A stretch of 49,627 nt of DNA from an uncultured Bacilli bacterium (GCA_944331935.1 CALVIV010000004.1:1-49627); one strand, 5' to 3'; numbered from the stretch's first letter, positions 10,568-21,192 are shown. The notes: a model not told the origin generated them from the letters alone. A program made the numbers and translations.

Positions 10568-10747
10568 TCGCTATTTGAATATGACTGTAGGACTATAGTC
10601 CGAAAGAAATATTTAAATAGCGAACACTTGTTTTAGTTTATGCTAAAACCTTTTTGTCGTGTAATAATTTTTTTGATACGGCAGGAAATTATACTAAAAC
10701 TGCCATAATTTAACTATTGACTTTTACCAGATGTTCTTTTTATATCA

Positions 10748-11953
10748 TTAACTTTTCAAAGTATCATTCTTATCTTTAATACTTTCTCTATCATTAGTAT
10801 TCTTTATCAAAGAAAGATAAAACTCTTCTATATTAGTATCTTTATTCTGAAACATCATCTCATCAACAAGTTCATTTTTACTCTTATAGACAATACATCC
10901 ATTTTCTTCTTTAAATTCATAATTTAACTGCGGATACTTATAAAATAAAGTTGTTTTATCTTTTATAAAGTCAGCGAATAAATCATTAATATTAACAAGT
11001 TCACCCTCAATTTCTCTTAAAGGATTATCTAATCTTGTTAAATCATTATTAATAACACCCGAAAGGCTTAAAGCAGATTCTTCACTTACTTCAAAGCCTA
11101 AACTTCTTAAATAATTAGTACCAGCACAATAAGAAAAAGTATTCGCTTCTATTTCATGAAGATTCTTAACATAGTTTTTATCATTAAAATAGATATCCTG
11201 ATTATATTCTCTAAGTAACATCTCTTTTAAAGCTAGAATATCATAGATACTAGTAACTATACCTTTACTCTCTAAATAAGTTCTATAAGTATGCATCATT
11301 TCATGAGGTAAAACATAAAATATTGAAATATCTCCTTTATCATAAAAATTATCCATTACTTCTTTATCTAGATAAACATAATAATGAGAAGCTAAACCTT
11401 CAACATTCTCTCCTAAATTACGTATATAAAATCTACTATCTTTACTAATCTTTCTAGTATCAGAAAGAACTAAATGATTAATTACTTTTTCTATTAACTC
11501 TTTACTAAGACTATTTTTTCTTAAAACTACATTTCTAAGTATTATATCTCTTAATACGTTATCTATATCTAAAAAAATATCATTACTAAAAACACAGTCT
11601 AAAAGCTTAACATCTAAATCATTATACTCTACTTTAGTCTCTAATTCTTTAATAATATTTTTAGTATCTTTAGTTAACTCAAACAGTTCTAAAATATGAT
11701 TAAAGATATCACTACTGTTAGCAAGTTTATATAAGTATAAAGTTATCTCTTTATCTACATTATCTTTATTTAAATAAGGTATTATAGAAGAAATGTTAAG
11801 ATAGCTTTCCTTTAACTCTACATTAAAACTACCACAATATTCACAAGTAAAGGTTTGAAAGTTATAAGTACCACCACAGCTTGAACAATTAATGTTTTTA
11901 CAAAAGATATTTATACTATTAATTAAGTTCTCTTTGTAATTCTGATTTAACAT
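10748..11953 (-). CDS. Hypothetical protein with N-terminal Zn ribbon and HExxH metallopeptidase-like motif
   Basis: CSSCGG...CEYCG; HEMMH followed by HEIEA. Confidence 0.6.
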   Translation of the reverse strand: MLNQNYKENLINSINIFCKNINCSSCGGTYNFQTFTCEYCGSFNVELKESYLNISSIIPYLNKDNVDKEITLYLYKLANSSDIFNHILELFELTKDTKNIIKELETKVEYNDLDVKLLDCVFSNDIFLDIDNVLRDIILRNVVLRKNSLSKELIEKVINHLVLSDTRKISKDSRFYIRNLGENVEGLASHYYVYLDKEVMDNFYDKGDISIFYVLPHEMMHTYRTYLESKGIVTSIYDILALKEMLLREYNQDIYFNDKNYVKNLHEIEANTFSYCAGTNYLRSLGFEVSEESALSLSGVINNDLTRLDNPLREIEGELVNINDLFADFIKDKTTLFYKYPQLNYEFKEENGCIVYKSKNELVDEMMFQNKDTNIEEFYLSLIKNTNDRESIKDKNDTLKS

Positions 11954-12074
11954 CTAATAACTCCCTATATTTTTTTATTTGATATAAAATTAACAATTTC
12001 TTCTCTTCATCTTTTTCTTTAACATATAACTGTTCTAGTACTTTAATCTTCTCTTCTATACTTATATTATTCAT
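11919..12074 (-). CDS. Small 51-aa charged protein, not in the ORF track
   Basis: ATG overlaps the fhs stop (TAATG); MNNISIEEKIKVLEQLYVKEKDEEKKLL...; overlaps the start of the next gene. Confidence 0.5.
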   Translation of the reverse strand: MNNISIEEKIKVLEQLYVKEKDEEKKLLILYQIKKYRELLDVKSELQRELN

Positions 12075-13669
12075 TAAAATAACCCCTTTATCTCTCCATC
12101 TACTAAATCTATATTTTCATAATTAGGCTTCTTAGGTAGTCCTGGCATTGTATAAATTTTACCAGAAAGTACGGTAATAAAACCTGCTCCTCTATTAATA
12201 ATTAAATCTCTTACATGAAGTACTTCATCTTTAGGATAACCTAATAATTTAGGGTCATCACTTATCGAATATTGGGTCTTTGCAACACAAATCGGAAGAT
12301 AAGATAAGCCTAATTTATCTATAAGTTTTAACTTTTCTTCTGCTACCTCACTATATTCTGTCATTTTAGAGTTATAAACAAACATATTAAGTTTATTTAT
12401 TTTATCTCTTATACTATCACTTTTATCAACTAAAGGTTTAAAGTCATTTACCTCTTCACATGACTTAATAACTGCCTTAGCAAGGTCTATGGCTCCTTCT
12501 CCCCCCTTACTATAAGCATCACTTACTTCACAAATATAACCACGACTTTTAACATAATCTTTTATATAGTTAATATCATCTATACTATCATCAGTAAATT
12601 TATTAATACAAACAACTATAGGCACATTATAATTCTTTAAATGATTAAGATGAGCATCTATATTACATATACCAGATGCAAGCATTCCATCGCCATTATA
12701 TTTTAAGGCACGAACTGTAACCACTAAAACAATAGTAGAAGGAGTAATACCAGCGGTAGGACATACTATATCAAGAAACTTTTCAGCACCTAAATCACTA
12801 CCAAAACCAGCTTCTGTAATAACATAATCAGATAAACTCCTAGCAAGTTTTATAGAAGTAATACTACTACAACCATGGGCAATATTAGCGAAAGGTCCTC
12901 CATGAATAATAGCAGGTGTCCCTTCTAAAGTCTGTACCAAATTAGGCTTAAAAGCATCTTTAAGTAAAACAGTCAAAGCCCCTTCAAGTTTTAAATCATG
13001 AACATAAATAGCCTCATCTTTACTATTAAAACCTACTATTATCTTAGATAATCTATTTCTTAAATCATCTATATCAGTAGCAAGGCAAAATAAAGCCATA
13101 ACTTCACTCGCTGCTGTTATATTAAAGTGATCTAAATATTCACCGCTCTTACACTCTAATTTAACATCTCTTAGACTCCTATCATTAACATCTAAACAAC
13201 GATTAAAAGTTACTGTTTTAATATCTAAATCATTACCTTGTTCAATATGATTATAAATTGCTGCACTAATTAGATTATTAGCAGAAGTTATCGCATGAAA
13301 GTCCCCTGTAAAATGCAAATTAATATCTTCCATCGGTACAACTTGACTATAACCTCCACCAGTCGCCCCTCCTTTAATACCAAAAACAGGGCCAAGCGAA
13401 GGTTCTCTTAAAGCAAGACAAATAGACTTATTAAGCCTATTAAAAGCATCGGCAAGACCAATACTAACAGTAGTCTTACCTTCTCCATAAGGAGTAGGAT
13501 TAATTGCCGTTACCAAGATAACTTTACCATATGTTTCTCCCATATCTTTAACTACCTTAGCTTTACTCTTACCATACATCTCTATATCATCTAAAGAAAG
13601 ATTAAGCTTACTAGCAATTGTCTTAATATCTTCTAACTTTGTATTATGAGCAATCTCTAAATCAGTCAT
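12074..13669 (-). CDS. fhs: Formate--tetrahydrofolate ligase
   Basis: TPYGEGKTT, GIKGGATGGGYSQV, HGGPFANIAHG, TEAGFGSDLGAEKF. Confidence 0.97.
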   Translation of the reverse strand: MTDLEIAHNTKLEDIKTIASKLNLSLDDIEMYGKSKAKVVKDMGETYGKVILVTAINPTPYGEGKTTVSIGLADAFNRLNKSICLALREPSLGPVFGIKGGATGGGYSQVVPMEDINLHFTGDFHAITSANNLISAAIYNHIEQGNDLDIKTVTFNRCLDVNDRSLRDVKLECKSGEYLDHFNITAASEVMALFCLATDIDDLRNRLSKIIVGFNSKDEAIYVHDLKLEGALTVLLKDAFKPNLVQTLEGTPAIIHGGPFANIAHGCSSITSIKLARSLSDYVITEAGFGSDLGAEKFLDIVCPTAGITPSTIVLVVTVRALKYNGDGMLASGICNIDAHLNHLKNYNVPIVVCINKFTDDSIDDINYIKDYVKSRGYICEVSDAYSKGGEGAIDLAKAVIKSCEEVNDFKPLVDKSDSIRDKINKLNMFVYNSKMTEYSEVAEEKLKLIDKLGLSYLPICVAKTQYSISDDPKLLGYPKDEVLHVRDLIINRGAGFITVLSGKIYTMPGLPKKPNYENIDLVDGEIKGLF

Positions 13670-13745
13670 TATATCACCTCCAAAACTACTCTTATTATAT
13701 GCTAAAACTAAAGAAAAAACTAGTCTAAAATAAGACTAATTATAT

Positions 13746-14636
13746 CTATTTATTATTTATCATCTCTTTAATCAAAACACCAACATTACTACCAAGTTTA
13801 TCTTTTAAAGAGTCAATATCTTCTGCATAGTTCTTTTCACGTTTAATTGCATCTAATATATATGGTTCAAAATCACTAAAATTTAATTGTGATTTTTTAT
13901 ACTTACAAATATCATGTAACCTTTTTTCTAAATATCTTCTTAACTTACTAACATATCTATTTTCTAACATTTTTATATTATCTTCATCTTCTACTTCAGA
14001 AAAATGAAGCATAAGCCAAAATTCGAAAGTTGGATTACTAACATATAAATTAACATTATTATTTTTACAAAAGAAAACAACTTCGTCATATTGAGAATCC
14101 TTAAAATTTTGTTTATCCCTATCTATTACTATATTTAGTTTATCAACAGCACTAGAATAAGTAACATTTTGAGCTTCAAAATATAAAGGAAAATGTTCAG
14201 ATAAATCTTTATAAATATCGCTCTTAAAAATTTGTAAAAACAAATCATTAAGATTCTCTTTTTTTATTCTATAATCATCTTTTTTATAAAGTAAAAACAA
14301 TTTGTTATAAACATCATTAATATCAATATTATAATTGTTTTCCTAAATACAATTATCAATTTTATTTTTAAGTTCTAAAACTGTTATTTCATTATATGTA
14401 GCATTTAATATAAACTCTTTAACCATTTTGATTATAAAACTAGGATGACTATTACATATTGTTGCATAATCTCTCAATATATTTATAATTGTTATATTTT
14501 GAGAAATGACAGAACCATTTAACCCCTCAAAATATAAAGGTTCTGAATTACTACCTTCAGATGCAATAAAATATTTTAGTTTATAACTTTTTATTTCAGA
14601 CTTTCTCTCTAAAGCAAATTTCTCATTAATTCTCAT
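13746..14636 (-). pseudogene. RloB-family (TOPRIM-like) gene split by a single in-frame TAG at 14343-14345
   Basis: IASEGSNSEPLYF in the 5' ORF and SNPTFEFWLMLHF in the 3' ORF; both ORFs share a frame and the 42-nt gap is open. Confidence 0.8.
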
Positions 14637-15945
14637 AACTAGTATCTATATTGGCAATAGCACCAAATCTTCCTTCCAAATAAGCTTTATCTATTTTTCT
14701 ATCAAATCTTGCTACATCTTTAAATTCTTCTAATGAATAAATTTTAGAATCACCATTTTGATTCTTTTCTGCAAACCAAATTTCATCTCTACGAATCAAA
14801 TCAAAATCTAATGTTTTTAACTCATGAGTCGTAATAATTAACTGATTAGTAGTTTTAGATTTCAAAAATATTTTTAGTAAACCTTCCACTAGAAGTGGAT
14901 GCAAACTACTATCTAATTCATCAATTAAAAATAATTTATCATTTGTAAGCAAAATATCAATTAATTCTAATACTCTTATCGTTCCATCAGATTCATCATA
15001 TGCACCAAAACTATTATTATTATTTTCATGTAAAAATTTCAAGGAACAAACATCATAATTATTATCTTTTTGCTTTTTTATTGTATATAAATCATTTTCA
15101 ATTCTCAAGGTGCATTTTATATTTGGATATCTCATAGATAAAACATCAATATCATGCAATAAGTTATTATAATTATTATCAGATAACTTTGCTCTAATAT
15201 TTTCCATATTATCAGTTTCAGTAACAAAATCTACAATATTAATATCCAAAGCTTTTAAAATTTTAATTATTTTATCCTTATTCTTAATATAATCAATATC
15301 AAATAATTTATGAGTAGATGGTCGAATAATAATAGTATCTTGCATCATAAATTTATAAACAGAAAATATATCTTTAAAGAAAATATCATTGTTCATCGCC
15401 ATAACTAATCTTCTAGTCATTTCACTTAAAAATAAGTTCTGTGTATTTCTTTTCATTTCATCTAGACAATTGATAAAATTAGAATGTTTTTTATCTTTAA
15501 TATCAGATTTATAAGTATTATGCTTTAAATCTCTTTCAAAAATTATTTTTTCCTTAGTTTTTGTCATATCAATTAGCCACTCTGATACAATTTCTCTCTT
15601 ATAAATATTTATTTCAAATCCATAAGAATATAACTTATCATTTAAAGCTAATTCATATTCAAAATACGAATCTTTATCTTTTAAATCTTCAACACCTCTA
15701 TAATATTGATTATTTATTAGTGTGTTAATTCCTTTACTAATCAATGTTTGACCTATACTAATCGCTAATATTAAATTTGATTTGCCGGATCCATTTGCAC
15801 CAAACATACCAGAAAATTTTAAAATTTTATGCTTATTTTTTTCAATAATATGGTTTTCATTATTTCTAACTTTACCAGATAACATAGAGAAATGTTGCAA
15901 TTCTTTAAATGATCTAAAATTTTTAACCTTAAATCCCATTAACAC
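14626..15945 (-). CDS. RloA/AbiEii-like AAA_21 ATPase, partner of RloB
   Basis: VKNFRSF, GANGSGKSN, ESDGT, IDELDSSLHP, QLIITTH, YLEGRFGAI; probable GTG start at 15945 after AAGGAGG. Confidence 0.88.
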   Translation of the reverse strand: MLMGFKVKNFRSFKELQHFSMLSGKVRNNENHIIEKNKHKILKFSGMFGANGSGKSNLILAISIGQTLISKGINTLINNQYYRGVEDLKDKDSYFEYELALNDKLYSYGFEINIYKREIVSEWLIDMTKTKEKIIFERDLKHNTYKSDIKDKKHSNFINCLDEMKRNTQNLFLSEMTRRLVMAMNNDIFFKDIFSVYKFMMQDTIIIRPSTHKLFDIDYIKNKDKIIKILKALDINIVDFVTETDNMENIRAKLSDNNYNNLLHDIDVLSMRYPNIKCTLRIENDLYTIKKQKDNNYDVCSLKFLHENNNNSFGAYDESDGTIRVLELIDILLTNDKLFLIDELDSSLHPLLVEGLLKIFLKSKTTNQLIITTHELKTLDFDLIRRDEIWFAEKNQNGDSKIYSLEEFKDVARFDRKIDKAYLEGRFGAIANIDTSYEN

Positions 15946-16092
15946 AATTGTATCCTCCTTTATTTTTAATACTATTATATTATATTTTTTCACATTTGTG
16001 AACATATTATACACTAATATTTAGTTTTTTCAACAGTTTTAAACGTTTTTTTCACATTTAATGGCTGTTTTTATACTATAATTGAATGCTAT

Positions 16093-16758
16093 TTACAAAT
16101 CAAGTTCTTTTCTAACTATATTATAAACCTCTCTACTTATATCATCAATACTACGTAGTAGCCCATCTTTACTACACTCTATTATTTTAAAATTATACTT
16201 ATCAGCAACATACAAACTATTATCATAAACTTTATCTAAAAAGTCATTATCTTTCTCATTAATATCTCCTTCTACTCCTTCAGTATCTCTATTTTTTCTA
16301 AGAGTACTAGCAAAATCCTTATCTAGTTTTAAAAAGATAACTAAGTCGGGCTTCTTAAGACCAAGTCTATTATATTCATAGTCTGTTATATAATCTAAAA
16401 ACTCATCTCTTTTTTCTCGCTCAAATAATGAACCTTGATAGATTAAATTAGAAGTTGTATATCTATCTAACAATACTATCTTACCAATATTTAAAGCTTC
16501 TTTTAATTCATTATGATAAGCATAAAACCTATCTACTGCATAAAAACTACTAATCGCATAAGGACCAATATCTTCTCTTTTCCCTAAGTTACCCTTTAAG
16601 TATTCTTCTACTAAACTTGCCCCAACACTACCATAACTAGGAAAATGATGATAAACTACCTCATTACCTGAATTAACTAAATTATTATATAATTCTTTAA
16701 CTTGAGTAGTCTTACCCACTCCATCACTAACACCTTCTATTACAATTAATTTACCCAT
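16093..16758 (-). CDS. tmk: Thymidylate kinase
   Basis: IVIEGVSDGVGKTTQ, FPSY, LLDRYTTSN, KPDLVIFL. Confidence 0.88.
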   Translation of the reverse strand: MGKLIVIEGVSDGVGKTTQVKELYNNLVNSGNEVVYHHFPSYGSVGASLVEEYLKGNLGKREDIGPYAISSFYAVDRFYAYHNELKEALNIGKIVLLDRYTTSNLIYQGSLFEREKRDEFLDYITDYEYNRLGLKKPDLVIFLKLDKDFASTLRKNRDTEGVEGDINEKDNDFLDKVYDNSLYVADKYNFKIIECSKDGLLRSIDDISREVYNIVRKELDL

Positions 16759-16806
16759 ATCTTAACCTCCAATTATATTATAAATGAAAAAAAATAAAAT
16801 TTATAT

Positions 16807-16906
16807 GAATTTTGTAAATCTGGGAGAAATTTTCCCCGAATTTTGCAAATTTACTAGGGAAATTTGCAAAATCTACCCCCAAAATTACCCCAAATTTTCA
16901 AAATTC
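16807..16906. repeat. 100-bp imperfect palindromic element with four AATTT(T)GCAAA(A)TT-like boxes, copy A
   Basis: Boxes near 16808, 16839, 16861 and 16893 around a central CTAG; its reverse complement aligns with 29403..29502. Confidence 0.75.
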
Positions 16907-16969
16907 ACTATTTGCAAGTTTTTTAAGTCCATGCTAAAGTAAGCCTCGTTAAGAAAAAGGAGGAAATTT

Positions 16970-18463
16970 ATGAAAAAAATATTATTATTCTTAACTCTAA
17001 GTTTTATTTATTTAATAAGTTCAACAACTATTGTAAATGCAAGTACTGATTCATTCTATGAAGCTGAATATATTGATAATATTTATATGGTTAGATATGA
17101 TAAAAGTACAGGAACCAAATATTATCAAAAAGCTAGGACTTATAGAAGAAAAAGTGATGGTAAACTAGCTTATTGTCTACAACCTTTTAAAGTATTTAAT
17201 CCAAATAACAGCACTTATGAGACTGTATCATCTCTACCAGACATTAGTGATGAAACATTAGAAAGATTAAGAGATATTATAGGCTTTGGTTACGGATATA
17301 GTGGACGTTCAAATGATTTAAAATGGTATGCTGTTACTCAACTAATGATATGGCAAGCTGTTGAACCTAATAGTGAATTTTATTTCACAGATACCCTAAA
17401 TGGTAATAAAATATCAACTTATGATTATGAAATTAATATTATTAACAGTGCTATAAAAAGTAGTTACATGATGCCAAGTTTTAATAATCAAACATTCTAT
17501 GGTATAGTAGGAAAACCTTTAACTTTTACAGATACTAATAATATAATAGGTTATTTTACTACTCCTGTTAAAGATGTAACTATAAAAAATAATATTGTTA
17601 CGGTTACAAAAGAAAATCCAGGATGTTATGAAGATACTTTTACAAGACTATATAATTACTCAAGTCCAATGTTATTTTACTATAACCCTAATAGCCAACA
17701 TCTTGCAACTATAGGTAGTCCTAATAATAGAGAAGCGAAAGTAAAATATTGTTTCAATGAATTAAAGTTAAACATCAAAAAGATTGATGCAGATACTAAA
17801 ACAACAGATAGTATTGGTGAAGCTTCTCTAAAAGATACAGTATTTACTCTATATAATAAGGACATGGAAAAAATAACAGATTTAACACTAGATGAAAATA
17901 TGGAAACATCTATATCTAGTTCTGATTATGATTTAGAATATGGTACATATTATCTAAAAGAAACTAAGACAGGAACAGGATATTTACCTAATGATAAAAT
18001 ATATGAAATAAAATTTACAGGTGATAAGCCTACAGTAGATTTAACTATTGAAAATAAAGTTATAGAAAAAGAAGTTACTATTAAAAAGTTATATGGAAAT
18101 GGATTACTTATGCAAGCAGAGTCTAATATTACTTTTGAAATCTATGACAAAGATAATAATCTAGTTAAAAGTATAACTACAGATCAAAATGGACTTGCAA
18201 AGATTACTCTTCCTTATGGTCATTATAAAATAGTACAATCTAACACTACTGAAGGTTATACAAAAATAAAACCCTTTGAAATATTTATTAGTGATATAGA
18301 TAAAGATTATTATTACACAATAAATGATTATAAAGAAAAAGAAGAAGTCCCTAAAGAAACTATTTCTATAGAAGTACCAAATACAAGTACTGAAGATAAC
18401 AACTACCACTTATTTAGTTTAATATTACCTACATACTTAATTGTTAAGAAAAAGTTTAGTTAG
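16970..18463 (+). CDS. Sortase-anchored adhesin/pilin with thioester (TED) domain and SpaA/CnaB-type domains
   Basis: Signal peptide; AYCLQP and TQLMIW; GTYYLKETK.GTGY E-box; VPNTS sorting motif and basic tail. Confidence 0.8.
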   Translation: MKKILLFLTLSFIYLISSTTIVNASTDSFYEAEYIDNIYMVRYDKSTGTKYYQKARTYRRKSDGKLAYCLQPFKVFNPNNSTYETVSSLPDISDETLERLRDIIGFGYGYSGRSNDLKWYAVTQLMIWQAVEPNSEFYFTDTLNGNKISTYDYEINIINSAIKSSYMMPSFNNQTFYGIVGKPLTFTDTNNIIGYFTTPVKDVTIKNNIVTVTKENPGCYEDTFTRLYNYSSPMLFYYNPNSQHLATIGSPNNREAKVKYCFNELKLNIKKIDADTKTTDSIGEASLKDTVFTLYNKDMEKITDLTLDENMETSISSSDYDLEYGTYYLKETKTGTGYLPNDKIYEIKFTGDKPTVDLTIENKVIEKEVTIKKLYGNGLLMQAESNITFEIYDKDNNLVKSITTDQNGLAKITLPYGHYKIVQSNTTEGYTKIKPFEIFISDIDKDYYYTINDYKEKEEVPKETISIEVPNTSTEDNNYHLFSLILPTYLIVKKKFS

Positions 18464-18983
18464 TATCTTACTACTAACAGCATACTTAGGTAGTTGTCTA
18501 TTAATATATAATAGTGAAAAAGATATTAAAAGTATTAGTACTACAAACTTAGAAAGAAATACTAATACTAGTTATATTAGTACAGTAAGTAAAGAAGAAA
18601 ATGATGAAATAATTGGTACTCTAACAATAAATAAATTAAACTTATCTAAAAATATCTATAATATTAACAGTTCTCATAATAATGTAGAAGAAAATGTTAC
18701 TATTTTAAATGATGATATGAATCTAATAGTCTTAGCAGCTCATTCTGGTCCTGGATATATCGCTTTCTTCAATGATTTAGATAAACTAGAATTAAATGAT
18801 ACTGTTAATTTAACCTATAATAATAAGAAACTAGTATACAAAGTAACTAACATAGAAGAACAACCTAAAGATGGAACTATAGAAATAAATAAAACTGACA
18901 AACAAAGGTTAATACTAACTACTTGTAGTAAAAAAGATAAAACAAAACAGTTAGTAGTAATAACAGAAAAAATAGATGCCTAA
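18441..18983 (+). CDS. Sortase
   Basis: N-terminal TM; LAAHSG and LILTTC motifs; adjacent to a VPNTS substrate. Confidence 0.85.
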   Translation: MLRKSLVSILLLTAYLGSCLLIYNSEKDIKSISTTNLERNTNTSYISTVSKEENDEIIGTLTINKLNLSKNIYNINSSHNNVEENVTILNDDMNLIVLAAHSGPGYIAFFNDLDKLELNDTVNLTYNNKKLVYKVTNIEEQPKDGTIEINKTDKQRLILTTCSKKDKTKQLVVITEKIDA

Positions 18984-18987
18984 GCAC

Positions 18988-21087
18988 CTATTTTTTTATT
19001 ATTAATTCATTATCTTTAACATCAAAAGTAACAGTCTCTCCATACTTAATATTACCTTTAACAAGTTCATGAGCAAGTAAGCTCTCAACAGTTTTACTAA
19101 CTTCACGTTTTAAAGGCCTAGCCCCATAATTAACATCATATCCTGCATCAACTAAATAGTCTTTAGCTTTATCAGTTAATTTAATATGAATATCATTCAT
19201 AGATAAACGATTCTCTATATCAGATATAATCTTATCAAGTATTTGATAGATAACATCTTTAGTAAGAGGTTTAAAGACAATAATCTCATCTACACGGTTA
19301 ATAAATTCAGGTCTAAAGTGACTTCTTACTTCATCCATTACTTTACTAGTATCACCATCTAATATATATTCACTACCAAGGTTAGATGTCATAATAATGA
19401 TTGTATTTTTAAAGTCAACAGTTCTACCATTAGAATCAGTTATTCTACCATCATCAAGTATTTGAAGTAAAAGGTTAAGAACTTCAGGATGAGCTTTCTC
19501 TATCTCATCAAATAAAACGATACTATATGGATTACGTCTAACTGCCTCAGTAAGTTGTCCTCCTTCTTCATAACCAACATAACCTGGAGGAGAACCAATT
19601 AAACGTGATACACTAAACTTCTCCATATATTCACTCATATCAATACGAACCATATGCTTCTCATCATCAAAAAGTTCATAAGCAAGAGTTCTTGCTACTT
19701 CTGTTTTACCAACACCAGTAGGACCTAAAAAGATGAATGAACCAATAGGTCTATTAGGATCTTTTATACCACTACGAGACTTAATTATCGCTTCACTAAC
19801 TAAATGTAAGGCTTCATCTTGACCCATTACTCTTTTCTTCATACTATTCTCAAGATTAAGAAGTTTCTCTTTCTCACTACTAACTAACTTACTTAAAGGT
19901 ATATTAGTCATTTTAGAAATAACACCAGCGATATCTTCTTCTGTAACATTATCACTTAAAAGTTTCATTTTATCTTTATTTTTTAACTCTTCAAGTTCTT
20001 TCTCTAACTTAGGAATAGTACCATGTTGAAGTTTAGCAGCTTTCTCTAAGTCATATTTATTTTCAGCTTGCTCTAATTCAAAGCGAGCCTTCTCAATTTC
20101 TCTTTTCTTATCATTAATCTTATCATTAAGACTTTTCTCTTCTTCCCAAGCCTCTTTATATTCCTTCTCTTTAGCTTTCAACTCTCCTAACTCTTTATCT
20201 ATCTCATCTTTACGTTTAAGAGATAATTGGTCCTTCTCTTTCTTAATCGCTTGTCTTTCAATTTCAAGTCTCATAATCTTACGAGTTAAAGAATCAAGTG
20301 CATTAGGAACAGAGTCCATTTGTACACGAATAGTAGCACAAGCTTCATCTACTAAATCTATCGCTTTATCAGGTAAATATCTATCAGTAATATAACGATT
20401 AGATAATGTTGCAGCAGCAACTAAAGCTTTATCATGAATAGTAACTCCATGATGTATTTCAAACTTTTCTTTAAGACCACGTAATATTGTAATAGTATCT
20501 TCTACACTAGGCTCCTTAACAATAATCTTTTGAAACCGTCTCTCTAAAGCCCCATCTTTCTCTATATACTTACGATATTCATTTAAAGTAGTCGCACCAA
20601 TAACATGAATCTCTCCGCGAGCAAGCATAGGTTTTAATATATTAGATGTATCCATCGCTCCTTCAGTATTACCAGTACCTACAATCATATGAATCTCATC
20701 AATAAACATAATAATAGAGCCTTCACTTTTCTTAACTTCATTTAAAACTTTCTTAAGTCTTTCTTCAAACTCACCACGATATTTAGCACCTGCCACAAGA
20801 CTAGCCATATCAAGTTCCCATATAGTTTTATTTTTAAGACTAGCAGGAACATCCCCACGTTCTATACGAAGAGCAAGTCCTTCTACTATAGCAGTCTTAC
20901 CAACACCAGGTTCACCAATTAAAACAGGGTTATTCTTAGTACGACGAGAGAGTACCCTTGTTATACTACGTATCTCTTCATCACGACCAATAACAGGATC
21001 AATTTTACCTATTTTAACCGCTTCATTTATATTACGACCATATTTTTCTAATACATTTTCATTTTCTTCATTTGGATTTTGATACAT
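18988..21087 (-). CDS. clpB: ClpB chaperone lacking the N-terminal Clp-repeat domain
   Basis: Two AAA modules ([16 protein letters not shown]), coiled-coil middle domain, GYVG loop. Confidence 0.93.
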   Translation of the reverse strand: MYQNPNEENENVLEKYGRNINEAVKIGKIDPVIGRDEEIRSITRVLSRRTKNNPVLIGEPGVGKTAIVEGLALRIERGDVPASLKNKTIWELDMASLVAGAKYRGEFEERLKKVLNEVKKSEGSIIMFIDEIHMIVGTGNTEGAMDTSNILKPMLARGEIHVIGATTLNEYRKYIEKDGALERRFQKIIVKEPSVEDTITILRGLKEKFEIHHGVTIHDKALVAAATLSNRYITDRYLPDKAIDLVDEACATIRVQMDSVPNALDSLTRKIMRLEIERQAIKKEKDQLSLKRKDEIDKELGELKAKEKEYKEAWEEEKSLNDKINDKKREIEKARFELEQAENKYDLEKAAKLQHGTIPKLEKELEELKNKDKMKLLSDNVTEEDIAGVISKMTNIPLSKLVSSEKEKLLNLENSMKKRVMGQDEALHLVSEAIIKSRSGIKDPNRPIGSFIFLGPTGVGKTEVARTLAYELFDDEKHMVRIDMSEYMEKFSVSRLIGSPPGYVGYEEGGQLTEAVRRNPYSIVLFDEIEKAHPEVLNLLLQILDDGRITDSNGRTVDFKNTIIIMTSNLGSEYILDGDTSKVMDEVRSHFRPEFINRVDEIIVFKPLTKDVIYQILDKIISDIENRLSMNDIHIKLTDKAKDYLVDAGYDVNYGARPLKREVSKTVESLLAHELVKGNIKYGETVTFDVKDNELIIKK

Positions 21088-21116
21088 AATACATCTCTCC
21101 TTTCTTACACATACAT

Positions 21117-21158
21117 ATTATATATCTGTTGTTAGCACTTGTCAAGCAAGAGTGCTAA
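21117..21158 (-). promoter_or_regulatory. CIRCE (HrcA operator) overlapping the sigma-A promoter of clpB
   Basis: TTAGCACTC-N9-AAGTGCTAA at 21132-21158; TTGACA-17 nt-TATAAT. Confidence 0.92.
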
Positions 21159-21192
21159 TTTTTTTTGTAAAAAGAAAAGAATTTTAAAAACT

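Larger units (their letters stand above)
8968..10744 (+). mobile_element. IS110-family insertion sequence (boundaries approximate)
   Basis: Transposase; TTTTTATA at both 8968-8975 and 10737-10744; subterminal AATAGTTAAA/TTTAACTATT; outward TTGACT at 10717. Confidence 0.75.

Noticed and set aside
14343-14345. Genome-wide amber recoding as the explanation for the RloB stop
   Set aside because: TAG ends other intact genes in the window (e.g. 2324, 23834, 25572).
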